Assembly: GCA_947302535.1 (NCBI GenBank)
Contig: CAMYVX010000004.1
Location: 221 to 64,220 of the forward strand
Direction of reading: 5' to 3'
Length of the DNA: 64,000 bases
DNA from: an uncultured Bacillales bacterium
Lineage (GTDB): Bacteria; Bacillota_I; Bacilli_A; RFN20; CAG-826
Below, in pieces: positions 18,725-29,333 of the stretch. Position 1 is the first letter of the stretch. The number at the start of each line of letters is the position of its first letter. Made by a program: the position numbers and the translations under genes. The notes beneath the pieces were generated by a model. The model did no database searches. It had not been told where the DNA came from and was given only the letters and a program-made list of their open reading frames with translations.

Positions 18725-20275
18725 ATGGAAAGCAAACAACTTGTACTAACAATGGATTTTGGAACCCAGTCCTTAAGAGCGGCTCTTGTAAATAAAAATG
18801 GTGATTTTCTTGCGCTTGTAAAAAGAAAATATGAGCCTGCTTATTTTTCTAAACAAAAAGGATATGCGGAACAAGATCCAAATTATTATTGGAATACTTT
18901 AATAAATGCTTTAAAAGAATTAACCTCAAATAACTCAGATTTATTGCCGAATATTATAGGGGCTACTATCACAACTTTTAGAGATACTTCAGTACAGTTA
19001 GATAAGAATTTAAAACCGATAAGAAAATCAATATTATGGTTAGACCAAAGAATGGCAAAAGCTAAGGAAAAACTGCCATTTTTGCATAGAATATTATTTA
19101 AAATGGTGGGAATGAAGGACACTATTGAGCTCAATAGAAAGCGCACTGTTGCCCATTGGTTAAAGGAAAATGAACCAGATACTTGGTCTAAAACTTATAA
19201 GTATGTAAATATATCTGGCTATTTAACCTATAAACTTACTTGTAATCTTGTTGATTCTGTTTCTAGTTTAACAGGTCACTATCCTATTAATTTTAAAAAG
19301 AGAAAATGGTATAAGAAGGGGGCTATGAAAGGAAGGATATATGGTATTCCTCCTTACATGCTTTGCGACTTAAAATTACCTGGAGAACAACTTGGAGTTA
19401 TTCAAGATGAAGTTTGTGAATTAACGGGTCTTCCTAAAAACATCCCACTTATTGCCTCCGGCTCAGATAAATCTTGTGAGACTTTAGGCCTTGGAGCTTT
19501 GGATCATAACGTAGGTGCGGTTTCTTATGGAACAGCTTCTACTATTGAAGTTACAAATAAAAGATTTCATAACCCCGAGAGGTTTTTACCAGCTTATCCT
19601 TCTGTAGTTCCTAATCGTTACAACATGGAAGTACAGATATATCGTGGTTATTGGATGATTAACTGGTTCTCTCATCAGTTCGCTAATGATTTACAAGATA
19701 AATCTATTGATTTAGATAAACCTATCGAAGATATTTTAAATTCACATCTAATGGATGTACCTCCAGGATCAGACGGATTAGTTCTTCAACCTTATTGGGG
19801 ACCAGGATTATCTCGTCCTTTATCTAGAGGTGCGATTGTGGGCTTCTCAGATGTACATACTCGTGAGCACTTCTACCGCGCGATTGTTGAAGGTATTGCT
19901 TATGCTTTAAGAGAAGGCCTTGAAGGTATTGAATTATCCCAAAAACGATTTGTTAAACAACTTCGTATTTCTGGGGGTGGTTCACAAAGTGACGCGATTT
20001 GTCAAATTACCGCGGACATCTTTGGTTTACCTGTTTCTAGGGTACAAACATTTGAAACAACATCTTTAGGTGCGGCTATTGCTACTTTTACTGCCCTAAA
20101 GGTTTATCCAGATTATGAAACCGCTGTTAAAAAGATGAGTCATATTTCTCGTACTTTCTATCCTAATGAAGTATGTCATCAACAATACGATTACTTATAC
20201 AAGAAAGTTTATTTAAAACTTTTCCCAAGACTAAAGTATATCTATAAAGATATAAAAGGATTCGCAAATAAATAA
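18725..20275 (+). CDS. FGGY-family carbohydrate kinase (xylulokinase/ribulokinase-like)
   Basis: N-terminal MDFGTQSLRAAL motif and 516 aa length fit the FGGY N- and C-domains. Confidence 0.8.
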   Translation: MESKQLVLTMDFGTQSLRAALVNKNGDFLALVKRKYEPAYFSKQKGYAEQDPNYYWNTLINALKELTSNNSDLLPNIIGATITTFRDTSVQLDKNLKPIRKSILWLDQRMAKAKEKLPFLHRILFKMVGMKDTIELNRKRTVAHWLKENEPDTWSKTYKYVNISGYLTYKLTCNLVDSVSSLTGHYPINFKKRKWYKKGAMKGRIYGIPPYMLCDLKLPGEQLGVIQDEVCELTGLPKNIPLIASGSDKSCETLGLGALDHNVGAVSYGTASTIEVTNKRFHNPERFLPAYPSVVPNRYNMEVQIYRGYWMINWFSHQFANDLQDKSIDLDKPIEDILNSHLMDVPPGSDGLVLQPYWGPGLSRPLSRGAIVGFSDVHTREHFYRAIVEGIAYALREGLEGIELSQKRFVKQLRISGGGSQSDAICQITADIFGLPVSRVQTFETTSLGAAIATFTALKVYPDYETAVKKMSHISRTFYPNEVCHQQYDYLYKKVYLKLFPRLKYIYKDIKGFANK

Positions 20276-20277
20276 TT

Positions 20278-20409
20278 ATGGAAAAAAGAAGAAAAAGAAA
20301 ACATAGATATCTAACTGGGGAAGATATCGATATGTTTAAAGAAAGAGAATACGAAAACAAAAAGAAAAAAGAACTTCCAATATGTGATACTCATATTGAT
20401 GGAGCATAA
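20278..20409 (+). CDS. Small basic hypothetical peptide (43 aa)
   Basis: ORF MEKRRKRKHRYLTGEDIDMFKEREYENKKKKELPICDTHIDGA, 3 nt after the FGGY kinase stop. No homology is recognised. Confidence 0.25.
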   Translation: MEKRRKRKHRYLTGEDIDMFKEREYENKKKKELPICDTHIDGA

Positions 20410-20451
20410 TTTCTTATCTTTTGTTGTATAGAATGCTAAAATATTAGAAGT

Positions 20452-20961
20452 ATGGTTTCACAATTCGTCAAGATTTATAATTACAACCCTTGCTGGCCTG
20501 AATGTTATGAGAGATCAGTGAAGAAAATTAAAAAGTTTCTTCCTACTCATATTAAGACCTATTTTATGCATGTTGGTTCTACTTCTATTCCAGGTTCTTT
20601 AACTAGTGGTAATCTTGATATCGCTTTAGGAATTAGAAATGTTTTAGATTTAATTACCATCCGCGATATTATGGTGGCTCATGGTTATAAGATTGATGTG
20701 AAGAATTCGAAAATGCACCACTATGTGGTAACACGTGGCATTAACGGAACATTAACTGTGAAAGTTCATATTATTGTGGTCAATTCTGAACCATGGAGAA
20801 GAATGGCGTTGTTTAAAGATTATTTAATCCATAATAATCAAGCTAGAGATGCCTATTCCAACCTCCGTTATTCTTTGTATAAGAACGAAACTATTACCTA
20901 CACAGAATATTCATATCAAAAACGATTATTCCAAGACGAAATATTAGCAAGAATTAAGTAA
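20452..20961 (+). CDS. GrpB family protein (UPF0157)
   Basis: HVGSTSIPG motif and a length near 170 aa, typical of GrpB. Confidence 0.7.
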   Translation: MVSQFVKIYNYNPCWPECYERSVKKIKKFLPTHIKTYFMHVGSTSIPGSLTSGNLDIALGIRNVLDLITIRDIMVAHGYKIDVKNSKMHHYVVTRGINGTLTVKVHIIVVNSEPWRRMALFKDYLIHNNQARDAYSNLRYSLYKNETITYTEYSYQKRLFQDEILARIK

Positions 20962-20996
20962 TGTTACACCTGTAACGTTATATTTAAATTTAAAAG

Positions 20997-21020
20997 TAGA
21001 ATTTCGATTCTATTTTTTTT
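20997..21020 (+). terminator. Intrinsic terminator after grpB
   Basis: TAGAAT-TTCG-ATTCTA hairpin followed by TTTTTTTT. Confidence 0.6.
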
Positions 21021-21049
21021 AATCTTCTAGTGTTGAAAGGAAGACCAAT

Positions 21050-21973
21050 ATGTCAAAATATCAAATTTTTACAGACTCATGTAGTGACTTACCAACATCA
21101 TTACGTCATGAAAATGGAATCGAATATTGCCAAATGCATTGTGTCATCGATGGTGAAGAAAAACCTGCAGATTTAGACTGGAAACTTTATTCTCCAGAAG
21201 AATTCTATGGTTGGATGAAAGAAGGAAAACACATGAAAACCACCCAAGTTCCTTACGAGGAATTTGTAAGGTGTTTAACTCCATACTTAGAAAAAGGTAT
21301 TGATGTTCTTTACATTGCTTGTTCCCATAAATTAACTGGTTCGATGAACATCTTTAATTTAGTTACTCAAGAATTAAAGGAAAAATATCCTGATCGTAAA
21401 ATGGTGGGCGTTGATTCTTTAAGTGCTTCTGCTTGTGAAGGCGCAATTACTTTGGAAGCCGCGAGATTACAAAAAGAAGGAAAGAGTCTTGAAGAAGTGG
21501 TGGCCTGGATTGAGGCTAATAGGAATAAATTCAACCAATTCGCCACTGTGGAAACATTAACTTATATTAAAAACGCTGGCCGTATTAAAGGTTCAAAAGC
21601 TCTCTTAGGAAATTTATTCCACAAAAAGCCAATCTTTATCTCTGATGCTCATGGTGATAACTATACTTTAGGTACAGTTACCGGGACAAAGAACGCTGAT
21701 AAACTTCTTTTAGAAGGTATCATTAAGAGAATTGATAAAGAAAACTGCCACCGTGTTGTTATCTACCAAGGTATGGCTCAAGAAAGAGCGGAAAAACTTA
21801 AACAATCCATTATGGAAGCTCTTAATATTGAACCAGAAATTTGGTGGATTGGGCCTATCATTGGTACCACATGTGGTCCTGGTGTCTTAGCCGTTATGTG
21901 CTATGGTAAAGAAGTTACCATTTACGATGGAGATGGACAACCAACACCACTTGATTATTCAACTCTTGGTTAA
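21050..21973 (+). CDS. DegV family fatty-acid-binding protein
   Basis: N-terminal IFTDSCSDLP motif and a length near 300 aa, characteristic of DegV/EDD. Confidence 0.85.
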   Translation: MSKYQIFTDSCSDLPTSLRHENGIEYCQMHCVIDGEEKPADLDWKLYSPEEFYGWMKEGKHMKTTQVPYEEFVRCLTPYLEKGIDVLYIACSHKLTGSMNIFNLVTQELKEKYPDRKMVGVDSLSASACEGAITLEAARLQKEGKSLEEVVAWIEANRNKFNQFATVETLTYIKNAGRIKGSKALLGNLFHKKPIFISDAHGDNYTLGTVTGTKNADKLLLEGIIKRIDKENCHRVVIYQGMAQERAEKLKQSIMEALNIEPEIWWIGPIIGTTCGPGVLAVMCYGKEVTIYDGDGQPTPLDYSTLG

Positions 21974-21978
21974 AAGAA

Positions 21979-22003
21979 AGGCGGGAAACCGCTTTTTCTT
22001 TAT
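21979..22003 (+). terminator. Intrinsic terminator after degV
   Basis: GGCGGG-AAA-CCGC hairpin followed by a T-run. Confidence 0.6.
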
Positions 22004-22033
22004 TTTAGTATAACTAAAAACTATAATAGTCAC

Positions 22034-22918
22034 ATGACTGGCTTAATTATCACAAATCAAGAAATAGGACATAATCAATATAAGGTTAATAGGTTCTTAG
22101 AAGAGTTTAAGAAAAAGGGAATCCTTTTATCCGTCATTAAGAACGATGGAACCTTAGCGGAGATTACTAATAACGATATTAAAATCAACTTACCGGAAGT
22201 CGACTTTGTCCTTTATCTTGATAAAGATATCTATTTAGCAAGAATGTTAGAAAAGGCTGGATATCGCTTATTCAATAGAGCCGATTTTATTAAGATGTGC
22301 GATGATAAAACATTGACATTTATTAGATGCGCAAACGAAGGTATCCCTATGCCTTTAACTATAGCCGCCCCTCTTGTTTATACTTCATCCACTGATATTC
22401 ATATTGAATTCTTAGATGAAGTGATTAAGAAAATAGGGTTACCAATGGTAGTTAAAAAAGTCTATGGCTCATTAGGAGAAGGTGTATTTTTAGCAAATAA
22501 CAAAGAAGAGTTAATCAAGTTATATAAAGAGATTTGTCATAGCCCAATACTCTTCCAAAAATATGTCAAAACTTCTAAGAGTAAATCCATTAGAGTCCTT
22601 GTTATAGACCATAAAGCATTTGGCTGTTTCGCTCGCGTTAACAGCAAAGATTTTAGAAGCAATTACGGCGATACCGCTGGTGGACTAGATATACAAAATA
22701 AGCAAAAATATCTCGATTTTGCACAAAAAATCGCTGATAAATTAGATATTGAATATGCTGGAATTGATTTATTAGATGATGAAAATGATGAACCAATTCT
22801 CTGCGAAATTAATTCCAATGCATTCTTTGAAGAATTTGAAAAAGTGACAGGACTTAATGTTGCTGAAGCATATGCCGAAATGGTCATAAAGGAGATTAAG
22901 AAAAATGAACAAAATTAA
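22034..22918 (+). CDS. ATP-grasp family ligase (RimK-like)
   Basis: ATP-grasp motifs (VVKKVYGSLGEGVF) and about 290 aa. Confidence 0.6.
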   Translation: MTGLIITNQEIGHNQYKVNRFLEEFKKKGILLSVIKNDGTLAEITNNDIKINLPEVDFVLYLDKDIYLARMLEKAGYRLFNRADFIKMCDDKTLTFIRCANEGIPMPLTIAAPLVYTSSTDIHIEFLDEVIKKIGLPMVVKKVYGSLGEGVFLANNKEELIKLYKEICHSPILFQKYVKTSKSKSIRVLVIDHKAFGCFARVNSKDFRSNYGDTAGGLDIQNKQKYLDFAQKIADKLDIEYAGIDLLDDENDEPILCEINSNAFFEEFEKVTGLNVAEAYAEMVIKEIKKNEQN

Positions 22919-23249
22919 TTTTAATGAATATCAAAAACAAGCTTATGAACTTATTAGTGAAGATGGAAAAAAGGATATGATCACTAATGGGGTTTTAGGT
23001 TTAGCTGGTGAAGCTGGTGAGTGCTGCGATATTGTGAAGAAATATAAATATCAAGGACATGAACTTAATAAAGAAAAACTCCTTGATGAACTTGGCGATG
23101 TTCTTTGGTATATCGCCGAAACAGCTTCTGGACTTGGTGTTACTTTAGAAGAAGTAGCTCAGTACAACCTTGATAAACTCCACAAAAGATATCACGGTAA
23201 CAAATTTAATAAAGATGATTCTATCAATAGACCCGAATACAAAAAATGA
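22905..23249 (+). CDS. MazG-like nucleotide pyrophosphohydrolase domain protein
   Basis: Motif LGLAGEAGE…ELGDVLWY typical of the MazG/YpjD all-alpha NTP pyrophosphatases. Confidence 0.7.
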   Translation: MNKINFNEYQKQAYELISEDGKKDMITNGVLGLAGEAGECCDIVKKYKYQGHELNKEKLLDELGDVLWYIAETASGLGVTLEEVAQYNLDKLHKRYHGNKFNKDDSINRPEYKK

Positions 23250-24154
23250 ACAAAAATAAAAAGCGATTCGAAAAACATAGTAAGGATTATAAAGATGCAA
23301 AAGAATATCCAGTTACTCATCCATGTGAGTTGCTTGCTTTTCTCTTTGAGATTTTTCCTTCTCAATCAAGGAATTCAGTAAAATCTTTATTAGCTTCGCA
23401 TCGCGTTAGTGTTGATGGGGCTCCAACTAGTCAGTTTAACTTTAAACTATTCCCTGGTGATACAGTCATCATTTCGAAAACAGCCATAAGAAAGAAGACA
23501 AGAAGCAATCTACCCATTATCTATGAAGATGATGAAATCATTGTGATAAATAAACCTAGTGGTCTGCTTTCTATTGCCTCTGATAAAGAAAAAGGCTCTA
23601 CTGCTTATCGTATGCTTTCTGACTATGTTCAACAAAAAGATAAACATAATCGTATTTTTGTTGTTCATCGTTTAGATGAGGATACCTCCGGAGTCTTAAT
23701 GGTGGCTAAGAATGTTGACATTCAAAAAGCTTTGCAAGACAACTGGAATGATTTGGTCAGTAAGCGTGGATATTACGCGATTGTCGAAGGAAGAATGGAA
23801 TCTCTTAATGGAACAGTTAAAAGTTATTTAAGAAAGAATGCACAGAATATGATGTATTCAGTTAAAAGTCCTAAAGATGCTCAATTAGCTATTACGCATT
23901 ACAGAGTAATGAAAGAAAATGATAAATATACTTTATTAGATGTCAATATTGATACGGGAAGAAAAAATCAAATCCGTGTTCATATGGGAGACTTAGGTCA
24001 TAACATCATTGGAGATGATAAATACGGTAATCCTTCTAATCCACTTCATCGCTTAGGATTACATGCTTATTGTTTAGAATTGACCCATCCATTCACAAAG
24101 AAAAAGATGACCTTCAAAGCTCCAATGCCAAAAGAATTTGAGTCGCTATTTTAA
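23246..24154 (+). CDS. rluD: RluA-family 23S rRNA pseudouridine synthase (RluD-like)
   Basis: Catalytic motif HRLDEDTSGVLMVAK and an N-terminal S4-like domain. Confidence 0.88.
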   Translation: MNKNKKRFEKHSKDYKDAKEYPVTHPCELLAFLFEIFPSQSRNSVKSLLASHRVSVDGAPTSQFNFKLFPGDTVIISKTAIRKKTRSNLPIIYEDDEIIVINKPSGLLSIASDKEKGSTAYRMLSDYVQQKDKHNRIFVVHRLDEDTSGVLMVAKNVDIQKALQDNWNDLVSKRGYYAIVEGRMESLNGTVKSYLRKNAQNMMYSVKSPKDAQLAITHYRVMKENDKYTLLDVNIDTGRKNQIRVHMGDLGHNIIGDDKYGNPSNPLHRLGLHAYCLELTHPFTKKKMTFKAPMPKEFESLF

Positions 24155-24207
24155 ATTTTTGAAATTAGACTAAAAATTTACCTCTTGTTTGTTTACAATA
24201 TATACCT

Positions 24208-25779
24208 ATGACAAAGAATCGTTATATTAATGCTTTAATATCCGCAACGTTCTCCATCACACCAATTGTGTTGATTGTTTTAGTTTTGTCATGGGTCAAT
24301 CTTTCCCCACTTAACTATAATCGTGGAGATTATCTTTTACTTGCTATTGGCGCAATTGTGTTGATTGTTGGTATGGCTATTTTTCAAATTGGTGCGGGTG
24401 CATCCTTAACCAAAGTTGGAGAATATATGGGTGCTTCTTTATCAAAACAAAAGAACCTCTTAATCGTTGTTTTATTTGCTTTAGTATTAGGAACTCTTAT
24501 TACTACAGCTGAGCCTTCTATCATGATTGTCTCTAAGCAAGTTAATATCAATTCTGGTTTACTGATTGGTGGCATCGCTATTGGTGTTGGTATCTTTTTA
24601 GTAATTGGAATTTTACGTATTATTTTTCAAAAATCCCTGAAAATCTGGTATTTATTTTTCTATTTTGTCACTTTTATGCTTCTTTTTATTGTCCAACTAG
24701 ACGAGAGTAAAAAGATGTTTCTTCCCTTCATTTTTGATTCGGGTGGTGTGACTACTGGCTCGGCGACCGTCCCATTTATCTTGTCTTTAGGATTTGGTAT
24801 TGCGATGGTTCGTGGTGGTAAAAACGCGAAGAATGAATCGTTTGGTTTAGTTGGTTTAGCCTCTATTGGACCTATTATTACCGTTGCTCTTTTACTTATT
24901 ATTTTGCCTACTAGTGGAGACTTTGTTCCTACTTACTACGATATTACTGCTCATGGGAATTTAAATATTCTTGAGATGTTTGCCCACGCTTTGTTCCCGA
25001 CTTCAGGTGGCTTAGGCACAATGATTCAAGTTGCCATCGCTTTAGCGCCTACTCTTCTTATTTTCCTTATTTATAATTTCATCTATATCAAACTTCCTAA
25101 GAAGAAGATTTCTCAATTACTATTTGGCTTTCTCTTAACATATGTTGGATTAATGGTTTTCTTAGCTTCTACTGATGCGGTTATGACTCCGTTAGGCAAT
25201 TACGTTGGTAAGTGTTTGGGCTTAAAAGATAATTGGGTTATTATCTTCATTGCCTTCATCATTGGTTTAGTGACTATTCTTTGTGAACCTGCGGTTCATG
25301 TTCTTACTGGTCAAATGGAAACTATTTCTGATGGTCACATTAAAAAGATTACAGTTTTATTAACATTATCTATTGGTGTTGGTATTGCTATTGGGTTAGC
25401 CGCGATTAGAACTGTTTATAATTTCTCTATCATGTATTACATGATTCCAGGATATTTATTATCAATCGGATTGATGTTTATTTGTCCTGATATTTATACC
25501 GCGATGGCATTTGACTCTGGTGGTACAGCTTCTGGACCAATGTCTTCTTCATTTGTCCTCCCCTTATTAGTGGGTGTAACCGCTTCTTTAGGCATTAAGA
25601 GTGAAACTGATCCAAATTATTATGACCAATCTTTTGGTATTGTTGCTCTTATCGCTTTAACTCCAGTTATAGCTATTCAAATTTTGGGTGTTGTTGAAAG
25701 ATTTAAAACTATACGCGCCCACCGTATTATGCGTCAATTCATCTATACTGAAGAAGATGCACAGATTATTCATTTTTAG
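24208..25779 (+). CDS. Polytopic membrane protein with two internal repeats (DUF1538-like)
   Basis: 523 aa, highly hydrophobic, with two homologous halves each containing a FDSGGxTxG motif. It is immediately followed by two P-II-like genes. Confidence 0.7.
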   Translation: MTKNRYINALISATFSITPIVLIVLVLSWVNLSPLNYNRGDYLLLAIGAIVLIVGMAIFQIGAGASLTKVGEYMGASLSKQKNLLIVVLFALVLGTLITTAEPSIMIVSKQVNINSGLLIGGIAIGVGIFLVIGILRIIFQKSLKIWYLFFYFVTFMLLFIVQLDESKKMFLPFIFDSGGVTTGSATVPFILSLGFGIAMVRGGKNAKNESFGLVGLASIGPIITVALLLIILPTSGDFVPTYYDITAHGNLNILEMFAHALFPTSGGLGTMIQVAIALAPTLLIFLIYNFIYIKLPKKKISQLLFGFLLTYVGLMVFLASTDAVMTPLGNYVGKCLGLKDNWVIIFIAFIIGLVTILCEPAVHVLTGQMETISDGHIKKITVLLTLSIGVGIAIGLAAIRTVYNFSIMYYMIPGYLLSIGLMFICPDIYTAMAFDSGGTASGPMSSSFVLPLLVGVTASLGIKSETDPNYYDQSFGIVALIALTPVIAIQILGVVERFKTIRAHRIMRQFIYTEEDAQIIHF

Positions 25780-25788
25780 AGGTAATTT

Positions 25789-26169
25789 ATGGCAAGAAAC
25801 AAAGTTGGAAAATCATTACCTTATGATAGAGAACACGAGATAAAGAAATTGTCTTTATTTATTACTGTCGTTAGTCGTGGCCAAGGCGGAGCGATTATTA
25901 AGATTTGTGAAAGAATGGGCGCTAGTGTTCAATTCGTTCACAATGGTCAAGGAACTGCTCAAAGAGAAATTCTAGATATTCTTGGTATTAGTGATAATTC
26001 TAAAGAAGTTATTTTCTCTTTAATTAAGAAAGACAATATCTTTGACTTAAAAAGAGAACTTGAAGCATTCTTTATGGCGGCTAAAAGAAACCAAGGAATT
26101 GCTTTCTCTATACCTCTCACGACAGTCGCGGGTGTTCGAGTATATGAGTTTTTAACGAATAGTTTATAG
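25789..26169 (+). CDS. P-II (GlnB-like) family protein
   Basis: 126 aa with a GlnB-like fold signature (…RGQGG…GIAFSIP…). Confidence 0.6.
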   Translation: MARNKVGKSLPYDREHEIKKLSLFITVVSRGQGGAIIKICERMGASVQFVHNGQGTAQREILDILGISDNSKEVIFSLIKKDNIFDLKRELEAFFMAAKRNQGIAFSIPLTTVAGVRVYEFLTNSL

Positions 26170-26180
26170 GAGGCTTATTT

Positions 26181-26531
26181 ATGGTTAAACATGAAGTCAT
26201 ATTTGCATTAATTAATACAGGCTTTTCCCAAGTGGCAATGGAAGCCGCAAAAGAAAGTGGAGCTCGTGGTGGTACGATCATGCACGCTCGTGGAACTGGA
26301 GATAAGAGTTTAGAGAAAAAATATAATATTGTTATTACTCCAGATAAAGAAGTTTTGATGATCCTTGTCGAAAGCAGAATCCGTGATAAAGTTTTGGCCT
26401 CTATTTATAAAGCTGTGGGGCTTGGAACACCTGGGCAAGGCATTGCTTTCTCTCTTCCAGTAGAAGATGTCGTTGGACTAAAATTCTCTAGCGAAGACGA
26501 AAGCGAAGAAGATACAGAAAATAAAAAATAA
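26181..26531 (+). CDS. P-II (GlnB-like) family protein
   Basis: 116 aa, a paralogue of the preceding gene (…ARGTGDKS…GIAFSLPVEDVVGL…). Confidence 0.6.
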   Translation: MVKHEVIFALINTGFSQVAMEAAKESGARGGTIMHARGTGDKSLEKKYNIVITPDKEVLMILVESRIRDKVLASIYKAVGLGTPGQGIAFSLPVEDVVGLKFSSEDESEEDTENKK

Positions 26532-26556
26532 TCCGCAAAATCGGATTATTTTTTTG
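26529..26556. terminator. Bidirectional intrinsic terminator between the P-II gene and typA
   Basis: ATCCG-CAAAA-CGGAT hairpin with a T-run and A-run on either side. Confidence 0.7.
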
Positions 26557-26565
26557 TAAAAGCGT

Positions 26566-28398
26566 TTATTCCACTAGATCTCCACGTTTAACATGGGAAT
26601 CGTATTTCTTTCTATCAGCTGTATTAAGAATCTTCTTTCTCATGCGATAAGCATTAGGTGTAATCTCCACTAACTCATCGCTGTTAATATAATCTAAGCA
26701 AGCTTCTAGAGACATTGTTCTTGGTGTTTTTAAGACGACTGTATTGTCTTTAGTAGCGCTTCTAACGTTAGTCAAATTTTTCTTTAAAACTACGTTAACG
26801 GCTAAGTCGATTGAATAACGGTTTTCACCGACAATCATACCTTCATAAACCATTGTTCCAGGATAGATGAACATTGTTCCTCTTTCTTCAACGTGCTCAA
26901 TAGCGTATGGGGTTGCCTGTCCTGCTTCTGTAGCCACTAAGACACCGATTTGTCTTTCTCCTAAATTTGTCGCACCTAATGGACGATATTCTCTATAGGT
27001 ATGTGATAAGATTCCATAACCTTTGGTTAAGGTCATGAAATGAGTCATATAACCAAGTAAGGCACGGGATGGAGAAATATATTGCAAGATGGTGACTGTT
27101 TCTTTCGCATCCATAGAGACTAATTCAGAATTGTTAGCCCCGAATGTAGTCATAACATCACCGACAAATTCATTAGGAACGTCGATAGTTAAGTCTTCGT
27201 AAGGCTCGTATTTAACTCCATCGATTTCTTTTATAATTACTCGTGGTTTAGAGACTTCTAATTCAAAACCTTCCCTTCTCATATTCTCTATGAGAATGCC
27301 AAGGTGAAGTTCGCCTCTACCAGAGACAATCCAGCTTTCAGAATTTGGCACTCTTTGGACTTTTAAAGCCACGTCTTTTTGCGTTTCTTTAAATAATCTT
27401 TCTTCAATCTTTCTTGCGGTTAGAAGTTTTCCATCTTGACCAGCGAAAGGAGAAGAGTTTGTACCAAAGGTCATTTGTAGTGTTGGTTCATCAAGACGTA
27501 TTGGAGGAAGGGGCTCAACGTTTGCTGTATCACAAATAGTTTCTCCGACGTTAATATCAGTTAAACCTGCAACCGCAACGATTTCGCCAGCGCTAGCCTC
27601 CTCTATTTCTAGTCTTTTTGTGGCTTGATAGCCAAATAGTTTCATAACTTTAAATTGTTTTACAGTTCCATCTAAACGTGCACATGAAACAACTTGATCT
27701 ACTTTGATTGTTCCTCTTTTGATGGTGCCGATACCAATACGACCAACGAAGTCGTTATAGTCAAGTAAAGCAACTTGAAGTTGTAAACCACCCTCTTTAT
27801 CAATCTTTGGAGCAGGAATCTTATCAATGATAGTCTGTAAAACAGCGTCCATACCTGGCTTTTGTGTACTAGGATCCTTATCGTAGGAACTCGTTCCTTT
27901 TAAAGCTGAAGCGTAGACAACATCAAAATCTAAGAATTCTTCTGGAGCACCAAGTTCAATAAATAAATCTAAAACCTCATCCAATGTTTTATCGATATCT
28001 GCATTGCTTCTATCAATTTTATTGATAACAACGATGGGCTTGATATGGGCTTGCAAGGCTTTTTTCAAAACAAAGCGAGTTTGTGGCATAGTGCCTTCAA
28101 AGGCGTCAACAAGAAGAAGACAACCATCAACCATGTTCATGATTCTTTCAACTTCTCCACCGAAATCAGCATGGCCTGGAGTGTCTAAAATATTAATTTT
28201 AGTATCTTTATAAATTAAGGAAGTGGTTTTCGCTAAGATAGTAATTCCTCTTTCTCTTTCGATATCATTACTATCCATAACTCTATCGGACACTTCTTCG
28301 TTACTACGAAAAGCCCCTGATGTTTTTAATAATTGGTCAACAAGAGTGGTTTTGCCGTGGTCGACGTGAGCGATAATTGCAATATTTCTCATTTCCAT
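26566..28398 (-). CDS. typA: Translational GTPase TypA/BipA
   Basis: N-terminal G domain ([21 protein letters not shown]) and 610 aa, EF-G-like. Confidence 0.95.
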   Translation of the reverse strand: MEMRNIAIIAHVDHGKTTLVDQLLKTSGAFRSNEEVSDRVMDSNDIERERGITILAKTTSLIYKDTKINILDTPGHADFGGEVERIMNMVDGCLLLVDAFEGTMPQTRFVLKKALQAHIKPIVVINKIDRSNADIDKTLDEVLDLFIELGAPEEFLDFDVVYASALKGTSSYDKDPSTQKPGMDAVLQTIIDKIPAPKIDKEGGLQLQVALLDYNDFVGRIGIGTIKRGTIKVDQVVSCARLDGTVKQFKVMKLFGYQATKRLEIEEASAGEIVAVAGLTDINVGETICDTANVEPLPPIRLDEPTLQMTFGTNSSPFAGQDGKLLTARKIEERLFKETQKDVALKVQRVPNSESWIVSGRGELHLGILIENMRREGFELEVSKPRVIIKEIDGVKYEPYEDLTIDVPNEFVGDVMTTFGANNSELVSMDAKETVTILQYISPSRALLGYMTHFMTLTKGYGILSHTYREYRPLGATNLGERQIGVLVATEAGQATPYAIEHVEERGTMFIYPGTMVYEGMIVGENRYSIDLAVNVVLKKNLTNVRSATKDNTVVLKTPRTMSLEACLDYINSDELVEITPNAYRMRKKILNTADRKKYDSHVKRGDLVE

Positions 28399-28487
28399 AA
28401 TTTAGCCCTCCTTAGAAAAAAAGCCTTAAAAATATTAAGACTAATCAATGATTAAAATCAAGAAAATTACACTTTTCTTGAGAATTT

Positions 28488-29333
28488 CTACTTCTTATGA
28501 ACTTTGTTATACAAAACGTTTTTATTTATTTTATAGATTTTAGCGCTTACTTCGATAGCGTCTTTAGTGGTTAAACCTTTACCGATTAATTCATTAACGG
28601 TATTAAGAGCCTCTTTATCATCGATTGTGGCTACTTCATCATTTCCTTTAATAACGATAACCATTTCGCCTTTTAAAGTTACTTCATCTATATCTGTTAA
28701 TTCTTCTAAAGTTCCAGAAATGAATTCTTCATTTATTTTTGTTAATTCTCTTCCAATAACAGCTTCTCGATTACCAAGAACATCATAGAGAGTACAAAGT
28801 GTTTTATGTATACGATGAGGACTCTCATAAAAGATTAACGTATCTTTAAAAGATTTAAGATTCTCTAATTCACTAATTGCTTCATTATTCTTCACTGGTA
28901 GGAAGCCATAGAAATAGAAATGATTAGTAGGTAATCCAGAAGATACAAGAGCGGCTAAAAAGGCTGAACTACCCGCGACAGTAGAAACTTTAATTCCTGC
29001 ATTTTTGGCGTTTTTAACTAATAGGTATCCAGGGTCGGAAATTCCAGGGTATCCGGCATCGGAAATATAGGCAATTTTCTTTCCTTGTTTTAAGAGCGAA
29101 ATAAGATGTTCAGACGCTTGATTTTCGTTATGTTCACGCAAAGAAAACATCTCTTTTCTTATAGAAAACTTTTCTAATAAAGCAAAAGAATTACGTGTGT
29201 CTTCTGCGGCAATAATATCGGCATCGGCAAGAATCTCAAGTGCTCTAGGCGTCATTTCTTTAAGGTTACCAATTGGGGTAGCGACAAGATAAAGTAGAGG
29301 TTCTTTGCCTTCAAAATTCTTATTTCTTTTCAT
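28488..29333 (-). CDS. rsmI: 16S rRNA (cytidine1402-2'-O)-methyltransferase
   Basis: Tetrapyrrole-methylase fold with motif LYLVATPIGNL…AAEDTR. Confidence 0.9.
   Translation of the reverse strand: MKRNKNFEGKEPLLYLVATPIGNLKEMTPRALEILADADIIAAEDTRNSFALLEKFSIRKEMFSLREHNENQASEHLISLLKQGKKIAYISDAGYPGISDPGYLLVKNAKNAGIKVSTVAGSSAFLAALVSSGLPTNHFYFYGFLPVKNNEAISELENLKSFKDTLIFYESPHRIHKTLCTLYDVLGNREAVIGRELTKINEEFISGTLEELTDIDEVTLKGEMVIVIKGNDEVATIDDKEALNTVNELIGKGLTTKDAIEVSAKIYKINKNVLYNKVHKK

Noticed and set aside
20963-20977. GTTACA-CC-TGTAAC palindrome just after grpB
   Set aside because: A 2-nt loop is sterically implausible for a hairpin. The adjacent TAGAAT-TTCG-ATTCTA hairpin with a T-run is the more credible terminator.
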